A stretch of 63,988 nt of DNA, counting the filler, from Welwitschia mirabilis (taxonomy: Eukaryota): the NCBI GenBank assembly GCA_051453625.1. It is 7 parts of one record of this genome, joined end to end, with 100 filler letters (N's around TTAATTAATTAA, not from the genome) between each part and the next. Parts side by side here need not be neighbours in the genome. Positions count along the whole stretch, not along the records: positions 48,020 to 55,998 come from JBOZIK010000001.1; positions 56,099 to 59,336 come from JBOZIK010000001.1; positions 59,437 to 62,714 come from JBOZIK010000001.1; 4 more parts are not named here. The stretch is one strand, 5' to 3'. This document shows, piece by piece, positions 50,159 to 62,814 of the stretch. The stretch's first letter is position 1; each line of letters opens with the position of its first letter. Position numbers and translations under genes: made by a program. The notes under the pieces were generated by a model, which had not been told where the DNA came from, ran no database searches, and saw only the letters and a list, made by a program, of their open reading frames with translations.

Positions 50159-53100
50159 AGCTAATCCACTCACTATTAGCTATAGTATAAATAATTCTAG
50201 CATCCCTTAATTTAATGATTTCATCTTTTAAAACTTGCTTAAGAGATAGATTAAGTCTAAGTTAGNNNNNNNNNNNNNNNNNNNNNNNNNNNNNNNNNNN
50301 NNNNNNNNNNNNNNNNNNNNNNNNNNNNNNNNNNNNNNNNNNNNNNNNNNNNNNNNNNNNNNNNNNNNNNNNNNNNNNNNNNNNNNNNNNNNNNNNNNNN
50401 NNNNNNNNNNNNNNNNNNNNNNNNNNNNNNNNNNNNNNNNNNNNNNNNNNNNNNNNNNNNNNNNNNNNNNNNNNNNNNNNNNNNNNNNNNNNNNNNNNNN
50501 NNNNNNNNNNNNNNNNNNNNNNNNNNNNNNNNNNNNNNNNNNNNNNNNNNNNNATCTTATACTGTCATCCAAACATCAGTAGTGGATGACTATTCGTAAA
50601 ATAAGAAATCTCAATTTTTCTTAGATCTGAAACTTCTGAATAGTTGATATATTTAGTCTTTCTACTCTCTTAATCAAAATATTCAATTTCTAAATGATCA
50701 AAATAAAGATAATCATCATCAAAAGCTTTCAAGTTGTCTACTTCAAGTTAATCATCAAACAAAGTTAGATCATGAAGCATTGACCATATTTCTTCAAGTG
50801 GATGATGTTGTAGAAATAAACTTGGTTTGATCTTTTCTTCAATACTTAAATAATCATCTAAATCATTTTCAGTGGTACAAAACACTCTTATTGTGAACTT
50901 TTTATTCCCTAAATGATATTCCATCATTTCTATTTTGGTATCTATAATATAATGGGCTGTTGCACAAAAAGCTTTACCTAGAAGTAATGGATAACTACCA
51001 TTATGTTTAACTTNNNNNNNNNNNNNNNNNNNNNNNNNNNNNNNNNNNNNNNNNNNNNNNNNNNNNNNNNNNNNNNNNNNNNNNNNNNNNNNNNNNNNNN
51101 NNNNNNNNNNNNNNNNNNNNNNNNNNNNNNNNNNNNNNNNNNNNNNNNNNNNNNNNNNNNNNNNNNNNNNNNNNNNNNNNNNNNNNNNNNNNNNNNNNNN
51201 NNNNNNNNNNNNNNNNNNNNNNNNNNNNNNNNNNNNNNNNNNNNNNNNNNNNNNNNNNNNNNNNNNNNNNNNNNNNNNNNNNNNNNNNNNNNNNNNNNNN
51301 NNNNNNNNNNNNNNNNNNNNNNNNNNNNNNNNNNNNNNNNNNNNNNNNNNNNNNNNNNNNNNNNNNNNNNNNNNNNNNNNNNNNNNNNNNNNNNNNNNNN
51401 NNNNNNNNNNNNNNNNNNNNNNNNNNNNNNNNNNNNNNNNNNNNNNNNNNNNNNNNNNNNNNNNNNNNNNNNNNNNNNNNNNNNNNNNNNNNNNNNNNNN
51501 NNNNNNNNNNNNNNNNNNNNNNNNNNNNNNNNNNNNNNNNNNNNNNNNNNNNNNNNNNNNNNNNNNNNNNNNNNNNNNNNNNNNNNNNNNNNNNNNNNNN
51601 NNNNNNNNNNNNNNNNNNNNNNNNNNNNNNNNNNNNNNNNNNNNNNNNNNNNNNNNNNNNNNNNNNNNNNNNNNNNNNNNNNNNNNNNNNNNNNNNNNNN
51701 NCTTTTTTTATTCTTCTATTTCTTTCCAAAGTAACACTAATAGTTTCTACCCCTGGATCCTTAAACTTTAGACATTTTTGTAATACTAAGTTACTTATGA
51801 ATTGGGCTAGGAAGACTTAGCTCAGTATGGTTTGTTTCTATTTTCTCCTAATCAAATCTTTCTACGATTTAGAATATTTAGGATTCTCTCGCAAAAGTTT
51901 TTAAAATGGTAAATTTATATTTACATTTTGTATTAATACTTTAAGATGCTCATCAAATGTAGCATTAATATTTAATCTATCAAGCCAATAGGTAGTACGT
52001 TTCTTACCTTTTTCTTGAGAACAATTTTTCTTTTTATTATTTAAAGGAGAAGGAAAAGAATAATTTTATAAAATCTCTATATCCTATTGTTCCTTATCAT
52101 TTTTATTACTTTAAGATGTTAAAGCCTTATAGATAGGAGGTGTTGTCTCATTTCTAATTCTTATCACAACCTTTTAATCTTTCTTAACTTTATTAGGGTT
52201 TGGTAGAGGTTGTATTACAAGTAACCCTTATGGTCTTTGATTAGCAAGCATAGTTTGGTATAAAATACTAACAAGATTTTCAATGTTGAAATTTATTTTA
52301 TCTTAGATTTTTTTCAACTCATCAATAGAATTCCTAAGTAAATCACTTTGATTTTATGAGTTGGATGTGCTTGCTTGATTATTAGAATTGTTTCATTGGA
52401 AATTTACATTCTCAAATCTTTCTATAAATAGTTGGGAATTAGGATGATTTGCTTCAAAGTTTTTGAAATTTGGTTGTTCATTCATCCTAGGTTAAAAATT
52501 GTTTTAATATGGGTTTTAACTTTGTTTTTGGTGTTGATTTTGATTTTTATTTTCAAAGTTCAAAGACCTTTGATTAAAAGCACATACTATTCATAAATAT
52601 TTTCTTTATAGATTGGTAATAAAGGACAATCTTTTATCACATGATAGTTGTCTTTGATAAATCATAAGTTGGAACTACAACCACACTATTTTTTGTTTTC
52701 ACCTTTGCATTTAAGATAATTTAAGTGTATTTCACTAAACTTGTGGTGAAATACTTAATGATATTAGTTGGTTCCTTTTTAGTTTTTACTTCCTCCTTCT
52801 CTTACTTAACTTCTTTTAAGATCTTTAATGATTTAACCTACTATGTGATTTTCTTTAGGTGAAGCTTTAGGCCAAGTTTACCTTACTTCCACTAACTCTT
52901 TCAGCACTCTCCAAGTATTTTCTAATGTAACGTTCATTAAATTTCCTCCATATGAAAAATTAATAAGTTGATTTATTTGACTATTAATTACACTATAAAA
53001 GTAGTCTACTAATTCTTCTTAAGAAAAAACATCTATGGGTTTTGAATGTAAAGCAACGAAAAATCTCTCATAGGTAAAGGCACAATATTTGTTAGTCTAT

Positions 53101-54243
53101 TTTTGGAAGTTAGTTACTTATTTCTTTCTTTTTGTTTTCTTATGGTTGTTTCACTGATGAATATCTTTATGAAAGCTTCTTAAACTTGACTTCATGTTTT
53201 TAAACTCTTATGAGAAATAGTTTTCAACCAAAGTTTAGCTTTTCCTTTTAAAGTGATGGGAAAAATTATCATATAACTTTGATTAATTATTATTTTCTTA
53301 TCATTTCTAAAAGTAAGTACTAACTATTTGATGTCAGTAATATGTTATAAAAAATCTTCATCATTTTTACCACTAAAAATGTGGTAAGCATTTAAATTCC
53401 TAAGTTCAACATCATTATCAAGAGGTAAATTAAAAGGAGTTTAGATTTCACATTTTTTATTAGCTATAAGGTCTTTGAGGATGATATTAGCATTAGGATT
53501 TATAGTCATAGGGGTTCCAATAATAATAGATGGATTAGGCAAGGCGACTTGTTTTTTCTTTTGTGACAAACTAATATATTTAATAAATGATTTTATTCTA
53601 AACTATCTTCTCAAAAATTTCTTTTTGAAAAATTAGATTTTGAATAATAAATATAGAAATTTCTTCTTATGAAATTTTTGAAATACTTTCTGTACTTCTG
53701 ATGTGTGTAGCTGAGTTAAAATTCAAAGTTAATCAAACCTTCTCAGATGTTTTCTTTGATGAACAACTGCTCTCTTTGATATTTTTCTTTCTTACTAAAT
53801 TTTACCATGTCCCAGCATACTCAGTTTTTATGTCTAGTGCATGTCATCCCTATGGTTATTCGAATGATATGTCTCGATAATAGCAGACATAGAAAATAAA
53901 AAAATGAAAAATGCAAAAAAATAGAAGTGTAAAATAATAAACATTGAAAATNNNNNNNNNNNNNNNNNNNNNNNNNNNNNNNNNNAGATGAAAGAGGGGA
54001 TGATAGAAAAATCCTAATTTTTAAGAAATTTAAAAACTCAAGAAACATAGGCTATCATTGCCGCACATCATTTAGATGATGAAGCAAATGAAAAAGTGTT
54101 TATTTTAGAATGCAAAACAAAAACTGTGAAAAGAAAAACCTATACCACGATAGTTAAAAGTACAACACCACTATAAGAAAATATCCAAACTGGTATCTAA
54201 ACACTTATCTAAGTAATAAAAATTCTCAAAATCCAAGTAGCCT

Positions 54244-54261
54244 TCCTCGGTAATGGTACCA
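54244..54261 (-). promoter_or_regulatory. Athila-type PBS (degenerate)
   Basis: Minus strand TGGTACCATTACCGAGGA versus the Athila consensus TGGCGCCGTTGCCGGGGA; all differences are transitions; 3 nt from the LTR CA. Confidence 0.8.
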
Positions 54262-54264
54262 AGA

Positions 54265-55936
54265 TGTTATGATGTGTATTTGTGCAAATAATTATGCTCT
54301 TAAGAAGATCCTATCATTCATAAATAAATATAAATTTTGCATAACATAACACATTAATATAGATGGGAGTGACCCAAATGTTATATTCTCGTTGAAGGTA
54401 TACNNNNNNNNNNGAGAAGAGTGAGAATTGATTCCAAGAATAAAACACTTACATATCTTTATAGTAGAAATATAGAATAATGTAGAAAATAATAATGTAA
54501 TACATTTATGCAAATGAATGCAAATCTAATTTAAGTATAACTTCTATCCGATTACCAGATCAACCTGTCATATGATATTGGCCCTATATAACCTATATCA
54601 ATTAAGAAATAATGTCACTAGATCAAAACTAATATAAGCTTCAGGTAGATCGAACAAAATATAAAACTATGCAAAGTTAATTTAGGAAAGNNNNNNNNNN
54701 NNNNNNNNCTAACAATGCTTAATCTTAATAAAGGTTTCTCTCATAATCTATATCACTAAAGAAACTATCACAGAATCAGAAGCAATATAAACTATAATGG
54801 ATATGCATAAAATAAGCATAAGAAAATAAAAAAGAGTTATTTGAATTAGATTCATACCAACATTCATGTTATAAAGCAGCAACATCTCAATAAAGGATGC
54901 ATAACCTAACATCAAGAAAGACATCTCTTTGTAACTATAATAAATGGATCTATGAATCTTTGATCTCCTCTCACAAGAATTTTTGATATAAATGAAGACA
55001 AGTAGGAGTCAAGGGTAGATTCAATATTTATTAACAAAAATAAATCCATAAACAAACAATAGTAATAGGTGTGAAAAAAATCCTAACAACTGCACAAGAA
55101 ACATAGACACAAATGACGAAAAACCACCCGACGTCAAGGCAGCCAGCTCTGCCAAAGAGAGAGCACATCCTACATAATCCCCATGGGTGCATCAGTCCCT
55201 CATAGCATGCCGTCTCCGCCTGCACGCCCATACCACAGACATGCACTAGCAAGCCTCTACTCATACATCAGTGTTTGCATGGGAGGCCTTGTGGTCATTG
55301 TGGTCAGCAAGGGTAATGCAGCTGGCGTGAGGCCAAGTCATGCATGAACAACTTTGGGAGAAGAATGGGTAGGTTCTTGGGCTTATGTGGACATCCCGCA
55401 TCGACCAAGACGCTTTTTGGTCTTACAACAGGGTTCCCAGGATTGTTTGTGAGCCAAGTTACATGGGAAGGGCAGATGTAGTGACACCCATCATGGTNNN
55501 NNNNNNNGGCGGGTGCCTGTTAAGTGAAGTTTGGTGAAGCTTTATTTCAGGTGTCATTCTAATGGTTGTCTAAACGATACCAGAGGTGATGCCATTTTAT
55601 AAGAATTTCATATAATTTACTAGATTGATTTTGATCAACACTGTTATTGGCTTTAATTATTCTATCATCGATACAGTTATCTGGATGATAAAGTGAATAA
55701 TAGGATTTTTATAATTATTTATGTAATTACATTGGCCTTAATGTTTGCAGGAATTTCACTTCAAATAGAAGATATTGTAAAATACCTCAAATGCTATAAA
55801 ATTAATAAAGATTACATGTTTTTGTATCTTTCATCTTAGCTCTCCATTATCATAGAAATATAGTATAAACCTGTCTAATATCTTACAAAACTACTCAAAC
55901 TACCATATTAAATACATACAAGTTCGCAATGCAACA
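54265..55936 (-). repeat. 5' LTR of family B, carrying an insertion of about 400 bp
   Basis: TGTTAT...GCAACA termini; colinear with 38026-39607 except for 55124-55517. Confidence 0.88.
55124..55517. mobile_element. GC-rich insertion with short imperfect terminal inverted repeats (MITE-like or captured fragment)
   Basis: Absent from the four other family-B LTRs. Ends CACCCGAC and GGCGGGTG are a 7/8 inverted match. Confidence 0.5.
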
Positions 55937-56446
55937 CATAAAGTAGTAACTTAAAAGAAAATAGAAATAACAAACTTGATATTAATATCCAAAAAATCNN
56001 NNNNNNNNNNNNNNNNNNNNNNNNNNNNNNNNNNNNNNNNNNTTAATTAATTAANNNNNNNNNNNNNNNNNNNNNNNNNNNNNNNNNNNNNNNNNNNNAT
56101 TTAGACTTTTTGATTAGAGAAGGAGTAGCAAGAGGCATGGATAAGTTGTTAGAATTAGAATCCATTCTCAATATAAAGTATTAAAAGAACTTGCTTCAAT
56201 GTGGGAATGTGGTGATTATGAGCCATTGTTCAAGGCATTTTAATATACTTATACTTGAAAACAACCAGTAAAAATAATTAATCATAAATTTAGGTATTAG
56301 TAAGACTCAGACACATCTAATTCATTGATTTTTAAATCATTAAAGAAGATTTATTAATCTAGAAAATTTTGGATAAAGCTATGTTTCCTCTAACCAAACT
56401 GTAAATGCCTTACATTTGCAAATAATTTTAGCTAGCTTTGTAGATT

Positions 56447-57493
56447 TGAAGGACCTACTTTAAGTAACCTTTGTTACTTAAATACCTCCTTCTAAACCTA
56501 TGTGGAAGTAGGAGATCCAAATTTTTGAGTGACATTTTAGAAAAAGTATGCATCATCTATTAAAGGACCGCTTCGANNNNNNNNNNGACAGATGGCTAAA
56601 TCCCTTTAACAACGTCTTTAAAAACCTTTTGGACCTTTTCTTTCTTCACTTTTTCTCACTAGCTCTTAGCATGAGCTCAAAGACCTTCTTCAAGTAACTT
56701 TTATTACTTAAATATTCTCTTCAAGCTCTGCCTTAAGCATAGGAGGAATTAATTTATAAATAAAATAACTCCACCTTCCTCTTATTTTATTACCCTTATA
56801 AGACTCCTTTGAGATCTTTGAAGCTTCCTTTTATGTGGCAGTCTGATTTAACTTATGTTATGTATTTAGTAAAAGATCCCTTTATAAATAGATATTCCCC
56901 TTTGATCTTCACATTCATAAATAAGAGTTAAGGAATGCATTAATGGTTATATCAGATTTTTTAGAGGAATCTTATCAATGGATTCTTAAAAGACACTTTC
57001 GACTAACCAAAACCCCCTTCAAGCTCAGTCTTTATTAAGAAGTTCTTCTAAAGAGGTAATTTAAACTCGAAGGACCCCTTTGAGTAATATTTATTGCTTG
57101 AAGATCTAGTTTGATGAAGCAATTACCATTTAAATCCAGAGAAAAATACGTATGAATAATGAAAAAATGGACTAAAGAGAAATAGTAGTAGTAGCAATTG
57201 GGTTAAAAGAAACCCACCTATAGTGGATTTCTTGTTCAATGATTTTCATAGCATGTGCAAAAAATGAAAATATTATAAAATTGAATGTATTTTTAGAGGG
57301 TCAGTAAATTATGATCACATTTATGTGATCAATCTTTAAGGAAAAAACTTTGAGAACCCAAGTCCACAACTTTATATATCTTCCATTCTATCTTTTAGTT
57401 TTTGTTAGTTTAAAGGATTCCTTTTAATTAGTAATAATAACTACTTAAAGGCTCCCTTCAAGTAACCTTTACTACTAAAATACCCTCTTCGAG
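56447..57493. repeat. Four dispersed hairpin-forming repeats of about 45 bp
   Basis: Units at about 56447-56494, 56677-56728, 57066-57105 and 57445-57493, with core TAAGTAAC-CTTT-GTTACTTA. Confidence 0.7.
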
Positions 57494-59436
57494 AATGTAA
57501 TTGTGTATNNNNNNNNNNNNNNNNNNNNNNNNNNNNNNNNNNNNNNNNNNNNNNNNNNNNNNNNNNNNNNNNNNNNNNNNNNNNNNNNNNNNNNNNNNNN
57601 NNNNNNTCAGCACCCCCTTTGATGACTTTAAACACCTTCTTAATCAAATATTTTGGCAAACCAAACTTTAATGCATGGCAAGGAGCTACAAAATTCTATA
57701 AATAAGAGAAACACAATAGGTATTTTATTTATTCCTAGTTTTTTTTTTAGTGCATAGTTGTTCTGTCATTTTATACTTTTTGTAAGAGTATTATGGAAAC
57801 TTTTCCAATTATTCCTTCTATAGGTAAACTTTATTTTTGAATAAATAAATGATTCTCTAATATTTATCTATATATTTAGCATCACCTTTTATCAAAAAAT
57901 ACTAGGTGGACACTTGAACTTTAAAAGTATTTCTTGTATGAGTAATTCATACAAGAAANNNNNNNNNNNNNNNNNNNNNNNNNNNNNNNNNNNNNNNNNN
58001 NNNNNNNNNNNNNNNNNNNNNNNNNNNNNNNNNNNNNNNNNNNNNNNNNNNNNNNNNNNNNNNNNNNNNNNNNNNNNNNNNNNNNNNNNNNNNNNNNNNN
58101 NNNNNNNNNNNNNNNNNNNNNNNNNNNNNNNNNNNNNNNNNNNNNNNNNNNNNNNNNNNNNNNNNNNNNNNNNNNNNNNNNNNNNNNNNNNNNNNNNNNN
58201 NNNNNNNNNNNNNNNNNNNNNNNNNNNNNNNNNNNNNNNNNNNNNNNNNNNNNNNNNNNNNNNNNNNNNNNNNNNNNNNNNNNNNNNNNNNNNNNNNNNN
58301 NNNNNNNNNNNNNNNNNNNNNNNNNNNNNNNNNNNNNNNNNNNNNNNNNNNNNNNNNNNNNNNNNNNNNNNNNNNNNNNNNNNNNNNNNNNNNNNNNNNN
58401 NNNNNNNNNNNNNNNNNNNNNNNNNNNNNNNNNNNNNNNNNNNNNNNNNNNNNNNNNNNNNNNNNNNNNNNNNNNNNNNNNNNNNNNNNNNNNNNNNNNN
58501 NNNNNNNNNNNNNNNNNNNNNNNNNNNNNNNNNNNNNNNNNNNNNNNNNNNNNNNNNATACCATAAAAATTATGAAGATAGAACTGGGATTTCTATCATT
58601 GATCAAAAGAATTCCTTTAGATAGAAATGTTTCATAATTCTTTCCAAGGAAAAGAAATAGTATGGAACTCTTAGTTGCTTCCTTATTTGGAGTTCCTATT
58701 TAGATATCATTAAGTATTTAGGGCATTAAAGAGGCACCTTCATCAAGCCAACTAGTGATAGAAATCTAGATGCATCCCTAAGAGTCTTCCAGAGAACACA
58801 TAGATACATTCACTCTTCAGTAATTAGGGCTACAAAAAGAATTGGAGTCTTTCATAAAGTCACTAGAGGAGGATAAGGTAGATTCTTTGTGTACTATCAT
58901 AAATTCATTGACTATCTTCCTACCAAAAAAGAATTAGCTATAAGAAGAAAATACAAATTTTAAAGAGAAAATTAAATTTTTAAAAATAAAGAATGAGTTC
59001 TATAAAGATAAGACTTATTTTTGGTAGAGAAAATGCAATAAATTAAATAAGAAAAAGTAGTAGTTAGAGGAGATACTAATCTATCATTTTGAATTCCAAA
59101 AATCAAATAAATCCTCTCTAATTAGTGCTCAAGCTTAATTTGAGTAATTAAAGCAAGAGCTTAGGGAGGAAAAGAAAAACTAAAGCTTCCTCTAGCTAAT
59201 AAAAAAGACTTTATTTTGGAACTTCTGAAGAGTATGTCCCATTGTAAGCATTATGATTTCAAGTTTATTAAGTTGTAGTAGGAGTCTATTACTTTCATGC
59301 ACAATGATACCCATCTTCCTCTAAAAAATAAATAATNNNNNNNNNNNNNNNNNNNNNNNNNNNNNNNNNNNNNNNNNNNNTTAATTAATTAANNNNNNNN
59401 NNNNNNNNNNNNNNNNNNNNNNNNNNNNNNNNNNNN

Positions 59437-59680
59437 TATAGATTGCATATTACACTTTGCATGGTAGTTGAATTTCCTGCATTGTTATTCATTATTTCTA
59501 GTTCCCAATATTTAATTATAAAAGCAACCTGAGTCTTTTTACAGATAGACTTCAACAAGATATGACATTTTGGATTAATTCCACTATATTAGCATGATGT
59601 ATTATGCATAATATCTATTTTGATTACTAATGATAAAATCTATTTGAATGTAAGAGCATGCATAAATACACATCGCAATA
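59437..59680 (+). repeat. End of a family-A-like LTR, in the opposite orientation to 14099
   Basis: Reverse complement of 14099-14330, ending ...catcGCAATA. Confidence 0.8.
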
Positions 59681-61146
59681 GTCCTTAAGCAAATCTTATC
59701 AATCACAAATATTTGCACAACATGCATACTACTATAGATGGGAGTTAATTCAAATGTTATAATTCATGGAATATGTATTTATGCAATCATTATGTTCTTA
59801 AGAAAATCTTGTCAATCACAAATATTTGCACAACATGCATACTACTATAGATGGAAGTTAATCCAAATGTNNNNNNNNNNNNNNNNNNNNNNNNNNNNNN
59901 NNNNNNNNNNNNNNNNNNNNNNNNNNNNNNNNNNNNNNNNNNNNNNNNNNNNNNNNNNNNNNNNNNNNNNNNNNNNNNNNNNNNNNNNNNNNNNNNNNNN
60001 NNNNNNGCTTAAAGCTAGATAATTGATTTTAGTAAGGTATTTTTAGTATTTTTTCATTTAGGTTCAAATGAAAAAAATATAATGTAAGAAAACAATTCAA
60101 AGTAAACATGCTAATGCAATGCAAATGAAAATGAAAACAAATCTAAATGAAATATCTATCTAACTTAAATCTTTCTATCATAAAGATTATCCTCGTATAA
60201 CATAGATCAATTAAGAAAGCTATTACTAACCCTAATTTATCTAAGCTATTATGCATGTTAAAGAGAATATAGAAACCATACAATGACTAAGCTATGAAAT
60301 GAAAAATAAAATGTTATACAAAATCTAAACTAATGATTTCAAACTTAACAAAGGCTATCCTTAATGATCTATGTTAGCTATGAAGCTATCATGGAATCAT
60401 AACCAACATAAATCATAAGGGAGATGTACGTAAATAAAACTAAAACAAACTTTTCTATAATTTCAAACCAACATCCTATTTTAAAGTAGTAGCACTTTAA
60501 TCAAGGAGACATAGGCTAATACCACGGAATATTTCTCTCTACAACAATGGATGAATCTCTTGCCCTTTAATCTGCTGTCATGAGATTTTTAGATACTAAA
60601 GAAGATAAAACTTGGAGCAAGGATGAAGGAGATATTTATTACAATGAAACATGCTAAAACTAGATCATCCTAATAGACACAATAGAAACCATAATGATGA
60701 GTAAGAAGCACATGAAATATTGCAAAAGTCAAGTAAATTTTGATGATTTGACTAAAATTAGGTGTTGTACTAACCGTCATCTAGATGATGATGGGAACAA
60801 TTCGACATCAAGAGAGGTCCCACATTAGCTTCCATATTTGGTATAGTCAACATCCTTATTAGTGTATAGGCAATATCATCTTATTATCATCTAGATGATG
60901 AATGGAATGATAATCTTCTAAAGTTCTTCAATCAAGTTAAATTAGCTTTAAAAATCATTAACTCCTCCTCAAAATTTAAAGTATCAAAATTTATCTAGAT
61001 TCCCTTCAAATATGATGGTAGTTGCATGTTTCCATGATTTTCTTCTTGACTCTCAATAATTATTAAAATTGACTTATGCCTATCTAAATGTTTTACAAAA
61101 CTACTTAAAATACTTGATCAAAAACATAAAATTTGGCATTACAATA
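59681..61146 (-). repeat. Diverged family-B-like LTR (solo or 5'), with a roughly 85-bp internal duplication (59682-59766 and 59793-59870)
   Basis: Colinear with 20030-21642; ends ggcattacaata with no PPT after it. Confidence 0.75.
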
Positions 61147-62714
61147 ATTAGTGACCTCTAACATTCATTCTGTAAAACACATTATCAAGTTGATAACTTT
61201 TTACACTAAGTTAGTATTAGCCTTATAAAATGAGAATCCATAAAATTTATCTTATATTATTTTAAAATTCATAAAATATGTACTCAAGTTACCTATTGTT
61301 ATAGCTTTTCTATGTCTCATTAATGACATCTTGAGAGTTGAAAATATGTCTAAATATAGTACCCTAGATTCCTATGCTACTACGTATTCACTGCATTAGG
61401 ATGTATGCCATGATTTCAATAAGGATAGTATCACTGGGATGTCCAAAGTGGAGGATTATTGGCATATGAAAGAAGTGATAATAATTAGTCTACCTCTATT
61501 AGATAATACATCAGAAGGGAAAATAATATGTGTTGTCTTTGTTGTTAAAAGAGAAAACCTTATCTATNNNNNNNNNNNNNNNNNNNNNNNNNNNNNNNNN
61601 NNNNNNNNNNNNNNNNNNNNNNNNNNNNNNNNNNNNNNNNNNNNNNNNNNNNNNNNNNNNNNNNNNNATTCAGACATTCCCTAGTATAAGTAGGGAGGTT
61701 CCATTAAAGAACCTTTTTTTGAACCTCTCTTGGAAGAGCTAGCAGCCATTCTAAGAACTTTAAAAGAAATAAGATTGAGAAAAACACCGGATCTCAAAGT
61801 AAAGATGTCTAGATCTTAAGAAAAACTCACTAAATCTGAACATTTAAAGGCACTAGAACAAGATGAAATCAAGTTAATATTTTAATTCTTTCATAGATTA
61901 AGGGAAATGAGGCAGATTTGAGAAAGAAATTGGGTACACTGATTATCACATCTGGTTGATCAAATCATAGATCCGGTTAACCATCTTGTAATAAGATAAG
62001 GGACAATGTACTGACCTCTAAATAAATTCCATGATATGTTAAATTGATTACAAGAACTAGGGGTTTTCACAAATTTTATAGAATAACATTCAGTTTTATT
62101 AAAATATTTCCTAAAATGTTGATTTGCATGAATCAATTAATTAAAAATTTTAACATCTAATCTATAAGCATTATCAAAATATTTTGCACTAAAAATAATT
62201 AAGTTTGTTTTCTCATTATCAACTATGAATTTCCATTTATCAATGACTATTTTATGTCCTTTATCACAAAGTTGACTAACACTTAATAAATTATGCTATA
62301 AACCATTCACATAAAGTATATTATCAAGGTTTGATAACATACCTCATTTGATGCTTCATGTTTCTTCTATTTTTGCTGTTTGGTTGTTTTCAAAAATGAA
62401 TTTTTCTCTGTTTATGCTCTTCAAGTTTTGAAAGCTTAATTTATCGCCTATCATATGCATTGAACAATTGCTTTCTAGATATCAACTATTTAACTGTGAT
62501 CCTCTAAAATTAATTTGTATCACAAAGCTTTGAAGATTATTATCTTTAACTTACTTAGTCTTATTTGACTTAGGTGGTGCATTTTTCTTAGGAATAAATT
62601 TAAAAGGAAATGAGTTCACATTTTTAAAAAAAAGAATCAACTATCTCACTTTGAAAAAAGGTTTAGAATGACTAAATCTACCATAAAAATTGCACAAAAG
62701 ATTAGAAACATACT
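61147..62714 (-). mobile_element. Second Ty1/copia (Sirevirus-like) fragment: gag end, protease and pre-integrase region, apparently internally deleted
   Basis: Minus-strand *YLESNCSMHMIGDK (about 62440-62485) and LYVNGL*HNLLSVSQLCDKG (about 62257-62318), with a Cys pair near 62000-62015. Confidence 0.8.
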
Positions 62715-62814
62715 NNNNNNNNNNNNNNNNNNNNNNNNNNNNNNNNNNNNNNNNNNNNTTAATTAATTAANNNNNNNNNNNNNNNNNNNNNNNNNNNNNN
62801 NNNNNNNNNNNNNN

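Larger units (their letters stand above)
48020..55936 (-). mobile_element. Athila-like family-B element: 5' LTR, PBS, gag, PR region, RT start and an RNase H fragment; interrupted at 48351-50158
   Basis: 48020-48250 matches RNase H at 26610-26840. 50159-52480 is colinear with 28013-29840. Gag motif IIFPITLKGKAKLWL near 53225-53270. Confidence 0.88.

Noticed and set aside
539-58624. Long ORFs in the supplied track (e.g. 13018-13932, 16888-17799, 51003-51734, 57914-58624)
   Set aside because: They consist almost entirely of X translated from N gaps and are not genes.
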